A DNA stretch of 63,924 nucleotides, counting the filler, from Folioceros fuciformis (lineage: Eukaryota): the NCBI GenBank assembly GCA_049999805.1. It is 10 parts of 10 records of this genome, joined end to end, with 100 filler letters (N's around TTAATTAATTAA, not from the genome) between each part and the next. Parts side by side here need not be neighbours in the genome. Positions count along the whole stretch, not along the records: positions 1 to 20,560 come from JBNGIO010003018.1; 9 more parts are not named here. One strand, written 5' to 3'. A program made the position numbers and the translations under genes. A model generated the notes under the pieces. That model saw only the letters and a list, made by a program, of their open reading frames with translations, did not search any database and had not been told where the DNA came from. This document shows positions 1-13,130 of this stretch, in pieces (position 1 is the first letter of the stretch; each line of letters starts with the position of its first letter).

Positions 1-1611
1 CAATAGAAAGTGAGTATGATTCTTTGCTTGAAAATCATACATGGGATTTAGTACCACTTCCTCTTGGTCGTAAACCCATCCTTTGCAAATGGGTCTTTAA
101 AAATAAATTAAATGCTGATGGTTCCATTGAACGTTATAAAGCTAGGCTAGTCGGTAAGGGCTATAGCTAAGTAGCTAGCGTCGATGACCAAGAGACTTTC
201 TCACCCATAGTGAAGACCCAATCCTTAAGGGTCCTTTTAGCTTTATCCGCAGAGTTGAACTTAGAAATCCATCAGATGGATGTTTTCACCGCATTCTTGT
301 ATGGGGAGAAATTGAGGAGGAAATATGTATGCGGCAACCTGAGGGTTATGAAGATGTTGATGCGGAGTTAGTTTGTAAGCTGCTAAAGTGCCTTTATGGT
401 TTAAAACAAAGTGCTAACAAATGGTTTTATAAGTGTGATGGTCGTCTTAAGCTTATTGGCTTTACTCAAAGCCATGGTGATAGTAATGTTTATTATCCAG
501 CTGACGGCTCCAACTTTATCATTTTAGCTTTATATGTTGATGACATATGTATGTTTGGCACTAGTATGAAGTTAATTAACTCTGTTAAGGATATGCTTCG
601 GGCCAAATTTGATATGAAGGATATTGGGGTTCTTCAATGGTGTCTCGGGATTCAGATTCTTCGAGGCCGACCTAATGGCCGAATATTTATGAATCAACAA
701 AAATATGTAAGAGAAATCTTAACCCGTTTTAATATGCAAACAACAAGGCCCGTATCTACTCCAGGGGTAGTTGGTATTCGGTTATCTTCCGAGGATTGCC
801 CACAATCTGATGCTGAGCGTGAGGATATGCTTACTATCCCTTATGCTACTTGTGTGGGTTGTCTCCTCTATTTGGCTAATTGGACTAGGCCCGATATCAT
901 GCATGCTATTAATGCTGCTGCTCAATACCTTCAGAATCCGGGTAGAAAGCACTGGATAGCAGTGAAGAGGATCCTGAGGCATGTGAGTGGTACCTCAACA
1001 TATGGCATCTGCTACACTTCTACAGGTCGAAAAGAGTTTGAGCTATCTGGATATGTAGATGCCAATTGAGCCTCTAACGCCGACACGCGGAAAAGTATTT
1101 CCGCACATTGTTTTATGTTAGCTGGCGCCTCCGTAAGCTGGAGATGTAAGAAGCAAACAAGTCTCGCCTTGAGTTTGACAGAGGCGGAGTATAAAGCTCT
1201 TACTGAAGCAGGTAAAGAGGCTGAGTGGGAGCGTTCACTTCTAAGTGATATAAAATGGCCCCAGCCTCAGCCTACATTGCTCAATTGTGATAGCATGTCA
1301 GCTATAGCTTTAGTCGCTAATCTCGTTATCATGCTCGTACTAAGCACATAGATCTATATCACCATTATATACGCGATGTTACTTCGCGAGGAGTGGTGGT
1401 AGTGGCTTATGTAAATACCGAGGATAATATTGCCGATATTTTCACTAAGACTCTTCTAACTTATAAACACAACAAACATAGGGAAGGACTTGGAGTAATT
1501 GATGGTAGTCATATCATCACTTTAGCAGCTGAGGAGGCCAAGTCATCGACAAAAACAAAATATTACTTTCCAAGCTTAAGTAGGGAGCTACCAAGTGGCG
1601 AGAGTGGATGA
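1..1611 (+). mobile_element. Ty1/copia retrotransposon, degenerate RT-RNase H region
   Basis: RYKARLV and QMDVFTAFLYG in 1-320; ORF 329-1069 has LYGLKQS, LYVDD, TRPDI; RNase H pieces (LSLTEAEY, DNIADIFTK) at 1115-1611. Broken by stops and frameshifts. Confidence 0.96.
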
Positions 1612-3843
1612 AGCTAATAGGCCCTTTCCTCATAGGCACGCTCAAAAATAATTCGATTCCATTTCACCTATGCACCACTGACCACGTCATGGAGAAAGAC
1701 CAGAAAATGGTTGGCCTTGCTCTACAGGAGGCATAAGATCCATTTGGCCAGCCCCACGAATTGAGATGAAGCTAGCTGCCGAACTACCCACCCATTATTA
1801 GTGCTCACCTCTCTAGGCTTCATGAGTGCGGTTACGGCAGTTTTCAGGGTCTTCTTCCTCTAAAGGTCGATCACTATTCCTCTCTCTTCCGCTTCTTCAC
1901 GGCCGTATACCTCTAGAAAAAAGTTCTAGGCTCCAGTCCTCAGGCTTCCTTCTATTGACCTCGCCCTCAGGTGTTGGGCGCACTCCTGTACCAATGCTCG
2001 GTTGTCGTAACACCACATTTTCTCCATGAGTCCCAGCCCCAGCTCCTGCACAAGAAGACCAGCCCGAACCTTGCAATGGTCCATGTTGGGCCACTAGGTC
2101 GTTGCGATCGTTGCCACGGCCTAAGGAGCCGTCCCCACTTCTTCTCCCGGTTCCCTTCCCTCACAGTTCGTGTCCCGCCTGTCTAGTCTCTCGGCTCGCG
2201 GGCACCCCCCTCTACTCCGTCCTCTTACTACTGCCGTGGGCCCTTCCAACCCCCGCTTTGCTCTGTCGGTCTTCTCCTTGCAGCCGACCTCACCACAGTG
2301 CTGTACCTCCCCTTTGCCGCTCTTCTGCCAGTCTATCCTGCTTTTGGAAACACATAGGATTGTGGTGCCAAAGGGTACGCCTTCCCCTATTGCGCTCCGC
2401 GTCCGATGGTGCCCCCTATTCACTCTCTGTCTGAGCTCCACCACTAGGGTTGTTATTTCCACTGGGTCCAATCAATACGTTCCATGTTCCCACCACCGTG
2501 GGGAAATGAGCCACCTTCCCACTTGAACAAGCAACGGTGGCTGAATGAAATCGTCCTTGCCCCTTATATAGATAACTTGGTTATTCTAGCCTGCCAATGG
2601 CCAAGGACTACTTAGCTCGGCCCTACACCCAGTGCCAAGGTCCAAGGATTAGTTATTAGTAAAAAATACCAAAGGCCAAGGAGTGGAACTACCATGGGCC
2701 AAGGACGCTTTTGATATAAAAGGCCTCGCCCAGGTAGTAGTTGATCACTCTTTTGATCAAAGCAACAAAAAAACAACAAAGTCCCACCACCCGACGGTCC
2801 CAAAGGGGGGGGGGGGTTTCTGTACATGCGAAGATGCCTTTCCAGCTAGACATCCTTTCTTGCAAAACTCGTGCATAGCTATTTGCAGTCATGACAGTAC
2901 TCAAGCGTGTATCTACAAGCTTGTTGGGACGGATAGAGTGCTAGGAAACTTGGTTACTTGCAAGTATAGGGGAATCTTGATGGTTTATAGCTTGTAGACT
3001 TTGACAATTCGGGTGGACCGCCAAGATTGGCAACTTGTAGTCTCTGTACCTACAAAGGTAGAGGTAGAGGTAGAAGGAACAACCCATTTGCTTTTGAAAT
3101 TTTCCTCGCCTTCACCAAGTTGAGCTTGCCTTTATTAATATCAGCCTACCCAAATCTACGGTTCCTAGAAGGATTAAAATGAGTACACTTCTCCCTAAGC
3201 TTTGGTATGGCATATCATAGCGACATCGACTTCGAGGCCTTCCCTAGTTGATGGTTGTCCGCTTTGGGGCCTTCCCTTGTTCGCTCCACGGCCTTCCCCA
3301 AAGCAGTCAATTTCCACTAGATTGTTCTAGCTAGAAGCCAATTTTATTGTTAACAAAACCGGCTCCCCAAGCCCTCTGTGAACAAGGGACGATTCCCCAA
3401 GTATGGGGTGAAACTACAAAGGAGAAGTACACTAAACTATCTTTTATAGATATAGAATTTAGAAACAATGCTCCAAGCATGATGATAATCCATGCCCATG
3501 CGGGAAGTACTTATGCTAAAAAATCCATCCATCCAGCTCTTAATCCACCTATGGAAAATCTTTGAAAATCTTTGCCTGAATACATTGTAACAAACAATTT
3601 TATTTTTTTAGATTTATATTCTATAGTTATTTTAAAAAATTTACAAACAAACACCCACCCAACCCAATGTGCCATGTGCTGGTTGGTGCACTTAATAATA
3701 TGCGTACCTTTTCTTTGCACCACTCAATTCAGAAATAGAAGGAAGTCATCTTTCAATGTCATGAAATTTTGGCCTCCAATTTTGGCTCCAATTTTGGCCT
3801 CTCGTTTTTTGCTACAAGATTCCCCTATTCTTGAAAGTTTTAT

Positions 3844-4137
3844 TTCAGGTGTTGAGGAGGGCGTTTTCCCTTTACAGGTGTCTCTTAGGCAAGCGAGGGA
3901 TTCTCTACCTTTGGAGGCTCGTGAGGCTCTACCTCCTTCCTTTTCAGGTGTTGAGGAGGGCGTTTTCCCTTTATAGGTGTCTCTTAGGCAAGCGAGAGAT
4001 TCTCTACCTTTGGAGGCTCGTGAGGCTCTACCTCCTTTCTTTTCAGGTGTTGAGGAGGGCGTTTTCCCTTTACAGGTGTCTCTTAGGCAAGCGAGGGATT
4101 CTCTACCTTTGGAGGCTCGTGAGGCTCTACCTCCTTT
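3844..4137 (+). repeat. 99-bp tandem repeat, 3 near-identical copies
   Basis: Unit ttcaggtgttgaggagggcg...ctctacctcct starts at 3844, 3943 and 4042; encodes SGVEEGVFPLQVSLRQARDSLPLEAREALPPF. Confidence 0.97.
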
Positions 4138-4968
4138 CACGTCCTTTTCTAGGGAAGGGTTGAAGGGTCTCCAAGCCTCTCTCCTAGAAAAGCAATATGG
4201 CCAAGCACTAAGAGCCCTTCTTTCATACTCATCCATCCCTAGGTCTTCTCGAGCTCGTATTCGATCTTGTTCAAGTAAAGGAGCGAGCTCTTGGCTTTTA
4301 GCTCGACCTTGCATCCAGGCGTTTCGAATCGCACCAGCAACTTTCGCCACCGTGATGAGATTTCGCTTAGGTTTGGCCCACCCCTTGGCTTTTTCTCTCT
4401 CTACATGCAGTTGTGGGGTTGCCCTTGTCGATACAGGGTCCCATTTGGCACGTTGTCCTGTTGGGGGCACCGCATTGCCACTCATGATGCAGTTCGGGAT
4501 GTCATGTTCTCGATGGCTAGGGAGAATGGGTTTCTTCCGTATAGGGAGCGTCCATATACTTTGCGCAATGGGGTTTCACTTAGAGCCAACCTTTTCTTCA
4601 CTAGAGGAAAACAGGTTTGTGTTGCTGATGTGGTTGTTATGGATCCCACTAGGGATTCGATTTGTGAGCACGTCATCATCAACCCCCCTGGTTGGGCGGC
4701 AAAGGGTTGTGCAAGTGCCAAAGTCCATAAGTATTCTCCCTTGCAAGATGGGCATACTTTCATCCCCCTTGCTCTTGAGACTCATGGAGCTATGGGCAAG
4801 GACTTTTCAAGGTTTATGAAGGAGTGCGCCAAGGTTTATCAGAGCAATAGGAATGGTGTTCTCCCTCTTTCCTCTGTGGTGGCCTTCTTTCGACAATGTG
4901 TATCCATTGCTTTGCAACGAGCATTGGCCAGTGCAGTTTTTAGAACAGCAAAAAACGCAGGTCAAGCG

Positions 4969-5442
4969 GCTTCTTCGGCACCGGTGGTAGGTAGGCCTTT
5001 TGTTATTCCACATCATGACATTTTTGGGAGCAGTAGGTAGTTTTTGAAAATGATATTCGTAGGGGAGAGTACCTCTTTTTGCCTTTGGCCCTAATGGGGT
5101 TGTTTATCCAATCGTTGGAGTAGATGGGACTTTCCATCTCTTTTTCAATCATANNNNNNNNNNNNNNNNNNNNNNNNNNNNNNNNNNNNNNNNNNNNNNN
5201 NNNNNNNNNNNNNNNNNNNNNNNNNNNNNNNNNNNNNNNNNNNNNNNNNNNNNGCTTCTTCGGCACCGGTGGTAGGTAGGCCTTTTGTTATTCCACATCA
5301 TGACATTTTTGGGAGCAGTAGGTAGTTTTTGAAAATGATATTCGTAAGGGAGAGTACCTCTTTTTAAAAGCCTTTGGCCCTAATGGGGTTGTTCCTCCAA
5401 TCTTTGGAGTAGATGGGACTTTCCATCTCTTTTTCAATCATA
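4969..5442 (+). repeat. Direct duplication of the LINE 3' end (4969-5153 and 5254-5442) across a 100-N gap
   Basis: Both copies run gcttcttcggcaccgg...tttttcaatcata, with several substitutions and a small indel. Confidence 0.92.
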
Positions 5443-5860
5443 GAAAATTTGCAATGTCATGATACATAAATTGAAACTTTGTAATATTTTTAGTAATTGA
5501 ATATTTTAGATATTCTATTTCTACTTCAGCAAAAGAAAAGAAGTGCAATTGAGTCCAATCCGAAACTAAACGCTGTTTCAAATAACATTTAACTTCTTTG
5601 CCTACCTTCGTTATCCACATCTTCATAGTACTCACATTTAGCGCTCTCTCTCTAGCTAGACATGCTTATTTTATATGCTTGCCTTACCTTGCCTTGCCTT
5701 GCCTACATCACTTGGTGACAAATAGATTGAGACAATACTCGACCCCAAAGTGGCGGCTCTTTATTAAGATAGTGTTAATGGCACAGCAAATTTCTGCATT
5801 TCCTACGGAAGTTTTGTGGAACAGGGGGCAGTGCCTGATTGGGCACTGCTTGTGTTCCAG

Positions 5861-6059
5861 GCATACGAATACCACGGAGAACCTCAGCACCTACATGGTG
5901 CATACGAATACCACGGAGAACCTCAGCACCTACATGGTGCATACGAATACCACGGAGAACCTCAGCACCTACATGGTGCATACGAATACCACGGAGAACC
6001 TCAGCACCTACATGGTGCATACGAATACCACGGAGAACCTCAGCACCTACATGGTGCAT
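5861..6059 (+). repeat. Perfect 39-bp minisatellite, 5 copies
   Basis: gcatacgaataccacggagaacctcagcacctacatggt starts at 5861, 5900, 5939, 5978 and 6017, with no spacers. Confidence 0.98.
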
Positions 6060-7105
6060 GCATCTCTGGGCAGGGCAGACTGCAGTAACTGCAGTAATTG
6101 GTGTCATAAAGCGAGTCCCGTTAACAAACGTCGTCCAACGAAACGAACAGGAACAAGAACTCCAGACATCCGCAGGTGATAAACAAGGAAGCAAATATTT
6201 GAGTTGGGGTACCCTATACCCACCTAGCTTAGCCACCTATACGGCTTTCCTTCATGTCAATGGATGTTTGATGTACAACGTACAAACGTACGCTGCTCTG
6301 TCACCGCCATCGGTGTGTCTGAGCAGTTACCATCACGCTTGCACGCGCAAGCGATCACGGCTCAGATGATGGGCGTGAGCACTAGCACTACTCTCGCTCA
6401 TTTTCTTGTTTTTGGTTCTTTGTCCACTACCAAAGAATTTGGCAGCTTCCGTATGAACATTTCTGCATGAAGGCTGGTGAGATGGAGAGTCTGATCCTGC
6501 AGCGAAATCGCACGGTCTGGCGAAGAGGCCGGGACCGGGGACTGTGGGGACGACCTGGAATGCATGAAGACTGGTGGTGGTATTGCCTGCCTGGTCCAAA
6601 GGGAGCTCGGTCCTCGAAGCCATTTGCGAGCTGTGACGGAGCCTCGCAGATCTGCGACTCCGACTTGTGAGTCCTTGGCTGCATAATGACTGCAAAATGT
6701 TGTTGAAATTCTGCACCGTTGTTCAAGATTGCGATCTTGAACAACGACCTGATGCGTAGCTGAATTGCAGTGAAGCCAGCAGATGTGAGGGAAGAAATCC
6801 TGGCCGATTCTTCGTATAAATGGGAAAGCAGGGGCTCGTCACGGCAGGTTGAATGGAATTCTGTGACACACGGTCCTGCGTTTTGGAAATGTGGTGGTTT
6901 CACTTAGCAATTTCAGCACTCAATCGATGTGTCAGCGGTGCAGGAGCTTGGCGACTCGTTGAGCAGCAGAAGAAGAGAGCGCGTCTGGGATGACGCGCAG
7001 CTTTTCCGTATGCATGGGCTAGCGCAGGCCCGCCCGCGTGATGGATGTCATATTCGGGATTCTCGTGAATCTCGACCTTGCAAGTCTGGTTTGACGCATT
7101 CAGTG

Positions 7106-7297
7106 TGTTAGATATGAATCGTTATCCAGCCCTCACTGACAATCAAGCTCTGAAACGGGGCATACTTAAAGAAACGGTTACACCTAGACTACTTTGGACC
7201 CCTTTTAACAGCTTTCTTGATCTTAATGGAATTCATTCGCTTCTGAGCACCTCGTCTGATCGTTTCTTCATGTCTGGTCTGGTTGACAAGCTTTTTA
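7106..7297 (+). repeat. 5' LTR (192 bp, TG...TA)
   Basis: Matches 13131-13323 with 5 substitutions and 1 indel by manual alignment. Confidence 0.95.
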
Positions 7298-7309
7298 TGG
7301 TATCAGAGC
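7298..7309 (+). promoter_or_regulatory. Primer-binding site (tRNA-iMet)
   Basis: tggtatcagagc immediately after the 5' LTR. Confidence 0.95.
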
Positions 7310-7633
7310 AACCTTAATCCACGTCTAGGATGATTGCACTGGTAGGTCCACGCAGGTGAGAACCACGCCATGCATCCAATTGCGATGGATGGATTTCACG
7401 GTTCTCATTCACGTGCCCCCAGCCGCACAACAACACTGCAGTCCACTCAATCTTTCATAGAATCTACATACCCTACACCAGAATTTTCTGGAATGGAGGA
7501 TTTTCCACTTCTCACATATCTCATCACAATTTTTCATTCTTCTATGACCTGCAGCACCTGCAGACAGGAAAACAGTTCAGATCTGCATCCTCAATTTCAC
7601 AATTCTGCAATCTACACTTGCACATAGGTAGAA

Positions 7634-8162
7634 ATGGCAAGGAATAGGAGCAACAGACCTTGCAGATGTGACGTTCCCAAAAAACTCACATTGTTTCTTT
7701 GGGTGTTACAATTCACACCCTAGTTGCCCCCGTTGCATCCTACCTCCTGTGCCCGTGCTCTGCAGTCCTGTTCACAAAATTCAGCACTCTTTCCACAACG
7801 AAAGATCACACCAGAAGATGAGACCTAACCAATCTTCCATTAAAAATCAACTTGCACCCATCCTGTATAAGATACAAGTCTTAGGTGAAAATAGCTATGA
7901 ACAGCAACGCAAGACAAAGCTAGAAATCATCACTCTGCGTAAACAACTTGGTCAGCTTGAGAAGAAAATGGCATCGCTAACCCTAGCACACAATCAAAGA
8001 GACCAAAGAATCAAAGGCTCATATAAGAAAGTAGAAATGTCTTGTGATCCTTGCCCCAAACCAATTGATCTTGATCCTTACAAATTAGTCGTTCCAGAGC
8101 CAATAGAATCTGCACTCTCTGGCATTGCTACACTTTTTAATGACACCCACACCATACTATAG
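7634..8162 (+). CDS. Extra ORF upstream of gag: Cys/His-rich N-terminus plus coiled coil, probably with a 1-nt frameshift
   Basis: ORF 7668-8162 has the heptad-like segment QQRKTKLEIITLRKQLGQLEKKMASL. ATG 7634 (MARNRSNRPCRCDVPK) joins it if one A of the A6 run at 7679-7684 is removed. Confidence 0.55.
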
Positions 8163-8245
8163 GTGATACCCTGCAGTCTTTCATAGGTAGTGTCCTATCT
8201 GCACACACCACATACACTTTCTTAGTGATAGCAAAAACCACAAAT

Positions 8246-11200
8246 ATGGCAAAACTTGAATTCTCGTTTCGCGACCGCTTCAATGGGTCTGATTTCTCTA
8301 TATGGGAGATGCGTATGAAGGCCTTTTTCGAAGAACATGAACTAATGGGCATTGTAGATGGCAGTGTGGCAAAACCACAGGCCACTCATGCTGCACCAGG
8401 AACTCTAGCATCTAATGTGATCTCAGACTGGGTTAAGAAAGATAAGAAAGCAAGAAACATCTTACTATCAGCGCTGGATAAAAATATGATGCATCACACA
8501 TCAGGACAAGAGACCTCACATGATGTTTGGAAAATATTCCAGGAGATGTTTTCTGCCAAAGACCCTCAATCCCTCCTGAATACTACACGGCAATTGTATA
8601 ACCTTCGTATGAAGGAAAATGAGACAATCGAGCACCACGTGCATCGGTTCCGCACTCTACGTGCCAGACTTGCAGCTGCTGGAGATATCCTAACAGAATC
8701 AAGATCAGCTACAGTATTTCTAAATTCATTGCCTCCAAGTTATAGGCCTTTTGTCACATCTCATCTAGCTATATTGCGACAACCAGGTCAGGGAGCTTCA
8801 ATTACCCTCTCGGCGATTTTTGGTGCTGCCCTTGAAGAGGAGTCCAGCAGAATAGGTTCTGCAAAATCCTCGTTATCATCACAACAACAGCATGTGCTTT
8901 TTACCTCTCGTGGAAGAGGACGAGGTCGAGGTTTCAGACCTAATTTTGGGAGCAGAAGACCATACTCTGCAACACCCAACAATGCTGCAACATCCAGCAG
9001 TGGAGCACCACGTAGGGTTAAAGGTCCCTGCAATTGGTGTCGCATCCCCGGGCATTATGAGAATGAATGCCGTAAGAAAGCTGCAGGAGAGCCCAGGCGA
9101 CCTGCACCAGAGACAAGTGTAGCTGTTAGACCAGCCACCAACAATGCAAAGGCACCAGCAATTTTAGCAGTGTGTCTATCCCTAACAAAAGCAGATACTA
9201 ACATGTGGTTTCTTGATTCCGGTGCCACTAATCATATCTGTCAATCTAGGGAGATGTATCATACCTATAATCCATCAACAACAAATCAGTTCGTATTACT
9301 GGGAGACGATAGCGGTCTATCCATTCAAGGGACTGGTGAAATCAAGCTACTACTGAATCATGGACAGTACATCATGCTCAAGGGTGTATTACATGTGCCA
9401 AGTATGACAAAAAATCTGTTGTCCGTGCATAAACTAACCTGTGATCATAACTTGCAGATTACGTTCACTCCTGTTTCATGTACAGTTTCACCAATTTCAC
9501 AGCCATCACTTGTTCTAGCATGTGGTTACCCTTACCATGACTTGTATCATCTGCACATTACCATTGGTGACAGTAAAAAAACCACAAAACAGTCAAATGT
9601 TGCAGATGCATATCCAGCAGTTGGTACATCTTTTCTCTGGCACTGTAGGCTATGTCATCCCAGCTTAGCCTATCTCCAGCGTATAATTCAACATTCAGAT
9701 CTATACAAGGATGGTCTTACCTTTAAACCTGATCCTTCACTTTTTTGCGAGAGCTGTCAAGTGGGCAAACTTACACAGAAACCATATAATGATCCTTCTC
9801 CCACACGTGCATCATCCCTGCTAGAGGTCGTCCATTCAGATGTGTGTGGCCCTATGTCAACCTATTCTTTCGGTGGGGCCATTTATTTCCTCTCTTTCTT
9901 GGATGAATGGAGCCACTACTGTCATCTTTATTTCCTGAAAAGCAGACATCAAGTTTTCACAAAGTTTCAGGAGTACACTGCTATGCAGAGGCACAAACAG
10001 GCCATGTGATCAAGCGGCTTCGTAGTGATAATGCTAAGGAGTATCTAAGCGCAGAATTCACTGAATTTTGCAAGCAGAAAGGCATCATACACCAATTAAC
10101 TGTGCCTTATCATCCTTCTCAGAACCCTTATGCAGAACGCTACAATCGTACATTACAAGAAAGGACCAGAGCAACTTTGCAGCTAGCAGGACTTACACGA
10201 GGTTATTGGGCTGAAGCGGTGGATGCTGTAAATTACATTGCTAATTGGCTGCCCTTGAAGCCTCTTTATGATACGACCCCTTATCAGCGCTGGTCAGGCA
10301 ACAAACCACGCATTAGTCATTTACGTACCTTTGGAGCTGTGGCTTATGCATATGTGCCTTCAGACAAGAGACACAAGATGGATCATAGACCTACAAAGCA
10401 TGTGTTCATTGGATATTCTGATACAGTCAAGGGTTATAAACTATTCAATCCACTTACCCTGGAGCTCACCATAGCCAGAAGCGTAAGCTTTAATGAGGCT
10501 TTCATTTTGGAGTCTCATCTTCAATCCAGCAGCAGCCATGCTCCCTTGTCTACTGCCTCAGTCTATGGACACACACCACCTGAACATTTCAGCGACACAC
10601 ATGCAACCTTAGAACCTGACTCAGTTTTTCAGCACACAACCTATGATTCTGATCCTGATTCCGATACTGTAGAGCTAGCACAACCACTAGACATCTTACC
10701 TCCACAACCAGATCTAGCACCTGAGGAACCAGCTCTTCCTGAACATGCACATCCTGAACATGAACCTGCTGACCATGAGCCTGCACAGGAACCACAAGAA
10801 GATATGCCTGTAGCAGAAGATATGCCTGAACCACCTTTACATCATTTGGAAGCAGAACTCATACCTTTAGCAGATCAGATTCCATTGCGTAGGTCAGCTC
10901 GAATTCGTCGCCCTAGCAAATGGTTAGAATCTCCTTACACTTCAGGTGAGACATTTTATTCACAATTAGGTCCTAGTGCATCTGACAATGTGCATCCAAG
11001 TCTAGTTCATAGACACATAGCCCTCACTGTTATTGAGCCTCCTGATACACCACTCACATACAAAGAGGCACTTAGTTCTCCACAAAGTGCGGAGTGGCAA
11101 AAGGCTATAGACAGCGAATACCAGTCACTGGTTGACAACAAAACTTGGAAACTGGTAAAGTTACCACCAGATAGAAAAGCCATCACATCAAAATGGGTTT

Positions 11201-12864
11201 TTAAGTTGAAGCTAAATCCTGATGGCTCAGTGGCCCGTTATAAGGCCCGTTTGGTTGCACGCGGCTACACCCAAGTCCAGGGCATAGACTATAACGAGAC
11301 TTTCAGCCCTATAGTTAAACCCACATCAATGAGAATTCTATTATGCTACGCTATTCAACAAGGCTTTATAGTCCATCAGATGGACGTAAAGACAGCTTTC
11401 CTTAATGGGCCTCTAGATGAAATCATATATATGCGGCAGCCAGAGGGTTACATAAAGGATCCTACCTTGGTATGTGAACTTTTGAAATCTCTGTATGGAC
11501 TCAAGCAGTCTGCCCGCATTTGGAATGGCAGGGCAAATACAAAACTCCAAGAGCTAGGTTTCCAGCCCCTAGCAGCTGATTGCAGCGTTTACATCCTGCA
11601 AAGGAACAACCAGCTTTGCATTATAGCACTCTACGTTGATGACAACTTTATTTTTGCAAGCAATAACGACATCCTATCACAAGTTAAAAATCAGCTATCA
11701 TCAGAGTGGGATATGACAGACGTTGGACCACTCCGTTTTGCTCTAGGGATACAATTCTTTTTTGATCCAGCAGCTTGCACTGTTACACTACATCAGGAAC
11801 ATTTCATACGTCAGATTTTATCCAAATTCAACCTGCAGGACATAAATCCTGTCTCAACTCCAGTCGCAGCAGGAGAAAAACTGTCACTACAGGACTGCCC
11901 TGTGACAGACGAAGATAAAGCAGAAATGGCAGCAATTCCTTACCGTGAGGTTGTAGGAAGCCTCCTCTACCTTGCAGGTTGGACCAGACCCGATATATCT
12001 CAAGCAACTGGTGTGGTATCTCGTTATCTCTCCAATCCTGGAAAGCGCCATTGGGTAGCGGTCAAAAGAATTTTACGATATCTGAAAGGAACCAGACACT
12101 TGTGCTTGGAATATACCAAGGCAAATGATTTTACACTCACCTGTTATTCTGATGCCGACTGGGCGGGTGACGTTGATAGTAGGAAGTCTATAGCAGCCTA
12201 TTGTACGCTCTTATGCGGATCAGCCATCAGTTGGCAGAGTAAAAAGCTATCCACCATCAGTCTGTCCTCCACAGAGGCAGAATATAGCTCCTTGTCCCTT
12301 GCAGCCAGGGAGATCACGTGGATTAGACAATTCCTTGATGGCATATATGTTAAGCAGACCGAAGCGACAACCCTACTATGCGACAATCAATCTGCAATTG
12401 CCCTATCAGCAAACCCCATCCTTCATGCTCGGAGCAAACACATTGAAATCCAATTTCATTATATTCGACAAGCAGTGGAGCAGAAGATAATACAGCTGCA
12501 GTATGTACATACAACACAGAATGTGGCAGACCTGCTCACCAAGGGCCTGTCGAAGCAACTTCATGAGCAGCATAGATCTTTTTTAGGTCTTGAGGAGAAA
12601 GATAACCCACGACTTCACGTAGCCTCAGTAGCTTTAGTCACACGAACCCGAGCCTATCCTTCCATTCGCCTTACAGCAGTGTTGGGACAGCCTACTAGTG
12701 TGCATTGCTTGCCTCTTCAGCATCTCCTCAGATCTGCACCGGTCTCCACACATAGAATCTGTCAGACATTTAGTGAACTATGCCCGGATGAAGCCATACA
12801 TCAGAAGGCACGAAGCAGTTCTGCATCCGTCATGGATGAGCCCTCGCAGGCGTCAGTCAGCTGA
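8246..12864 (+). CDS. Copia gag-pol polyprotein with one frameshift (~9980)
   Basis: Gag DRFNG..W..RM; Zn knuckle CNWCRIPGHYENEC; protease FLDSGATNH; integrase HHCC, VHSDVCGP, RSDNAKEY; RT LYVDD; RNase H SDADWAGD, STEAEY, ADLLTK. Confidence 0.96.
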
Positions 12865-13130
12865 GTTTTCCGTCTTTCACACCTGTTCAGCTCCGCTCAC
12901 AGCTCCTCTCTTAAGGTTTTGTTTAGTTTGCAGATGCTTTCTCTTCCTGTGATGAGCGTGTAGCGCGTTTAGTCCTGGGGAGGGGGTTTTTTTTTTGCTT
13001 TCATGCAGCTATGAGATCAGCAGCGATCAGCTCGAGAGCGTGTGCGATGTTTTTCTGCTCAGTGCGCTCAGAGCGGCAAGCCGGATACGTTTTTTTTTCG
13101 TTTCGATTACAAGTTCGGCCTGAGAGGGGG

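Larger units (their letters stand above)
3765..5442 (+). mobile_element. 5'-truncated CRE-clade-like non-LTR retrotransposon (Zn knuckle + restriction-like endonuclease)
   Basis: Frame 3977 gives ARIRSC..GASSWL..P....F...MRFRLGL...CSCG...DTGSHLARC. After a frameshift near 4470, frame 4291 gives HDAVRD..ADVVVMDPT..AAK..A.AK..KY...FIPLALETHG..SIALQR, the C-terminal layout of RLE-bearing LINEs. Possible 11-bp TSD caatgtcatga at 3754-3764 and 5452-5462. Confidence 0.8.

Noticed and set aside
1620-3350. Possible gene or LTR after the first copia RNase H
   Set aside because: Only short overlapping ORFs with no recognisable domain and no paired repeat; probably decayed TE sequence, but not supportable.
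3724-4485. 253-aa minus-strand ORF
   Set aside because: Antisense to the LINE ORF and inflated by the 99-bp repeat.
5861-6059. CRISPR array, or real proteins from the overlapping ORFs 5598-6369
   Set aside because: No spacers; the long ORFs in several frames result from a stop-free 39-bp unit.
9907-10009. Programmed gag-pol frameshift
   Set aside because: The shift lies inside the integrase core, and copia gag-pol is normally one frame; it is a mutation or sequencing error.
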